A stretch of 8,872 bases of DNA from positions 1 to 8,872 of the forward strand of contig NW_021828309.1 in NCBI RefSeq assembly GCF_006345805.1, in the 5' to 3' direction. Shown here one piece after another: positions 7,916 through 8,872 of this stretch. The notes under the pieces were generated by a model. The model did not search any database. It was not told where the DNA came from and saw only the letters and a program-made list of their open reading frames with translations. The first letter of the stretch is position 1, and each line of letters begins with the position of its first letter. The DNA comes from Octopus sinensis (lineage: Eukaryota). Made by a program: the position numbers and the translations under genes.

Positions 7916-8245
7916 ATCATATGTGGGTACGTGAGAGTAAATGGGATTAATTAATGATGAATATTATTCTAGTTCGTTTCTTCAATAATGATAATATCCA
8001 CTTGATAAACTTGTCTCTGTGTGTCAATGTCTGTTATGTTAGAATTGAAGGAAACAGGAACCGACCATCGCGCCGCCCCATCCACTCCTCGGCTCCTCCG
8101 CTACAGACTCACAGATCCATCATCAATGAACGTATGTAGAATTATGGGGATGAAGTGTGAGGGCGGTGGGACGGAGGGTGAAATCTTGTAAGCTTCGCCC
8201 GCTAAGGAGGGAGGGTCATGTAGCCGCCTGCGTAAGGCTTAACAT

Positions 8246-8246
8246 G

Positions 8247-8284
<38 letters not shown>

Positions 8285-8340
8285 CGTGTGTGTGTGTGTG
8301 TTGTGTGTGTGTGTGTATGTGTGTGTGTATGTGTGTATTT
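8246..8340. repeat. (TA)n/(TG)n microsatellite
   Basis: Seen directly. Confidence 0.95.
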
Positions 8341-8386
8341 GTCTGTAATGAAACTTGTAAAGAGCGAGACATGCTTTATCAGACGA

Positions 8387-8453
<67 letters not shown>

Positions 8454-8546
8454 TTAATATTATAATAATAATAATAATAAAATAATAATAATAATAATAA
8501 TAATCATAACAATAATAATAATACTATATATTAATATTATAATAAT

Positions 8547-8619
<73 letters not shown>

Positions 8620-8790
8620 TTAATTTAATAATAATAATAAATAATAATCTTAATAATAATAATAAGAAGAAGAAGAATGATAATAGCAACAATAATTGTA
8701 GCTGCAGAAGTAGTAGTAGTAGGAAGAGGAAGAGAAGGAGGGGAGGAGTAGTGGTGGTAGTAGTACTAGTAGTAGTAGTAGTAGTAGTAG

Positions 8791-8821
<31 letters not shown>

Positions 8822-8872
8822 AGTAGTAGTAACAAGACCAACCACAATAATGATGATGATGGTGATTAGATG
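8387..8872. repeat. Long (AAT)n array followed by mosaic (AAG), (TAG), (GAG), (TTG), (GAT) trinucleotide repeats
   Basis: Seen directly; source of the poly-N, poly-T/L and poly-Q ORFs. Confidence 0.96.

Overview
Eukaryotic, AT-rich, non-coding (intronic or intergenic) DNA built from microsatellites and decayed transposable elements. No intact protein-coding gene is supported, and most listed ORFs are simple-repeat artefacts. In order, the recognisable elements are: a 37-bp minisatellite; a dead DD37D (maT-type Tc1/mariner) transposase with one TIR; a tRNA-derived SINE; an R4/Dong-clade non-LTR RT relic abutting a long (TAA)n array; a non-autonomous Helitron with intact TC...hairpin-CTAG ends; an orphan Tc1/mariner-like end; a ~190-bp Penelope-like terminal remnant carrying a minimal hammerhead-ribozyme-like motif with a variant core; and a second, CORE-like tRNA SINE. 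The repeat mix resembles what I recall of octopus/coleoid cephalopod genomes (inference, not verified). The most interesting item is the variant hammerhead-like motif at 7131-7164 (- strand).
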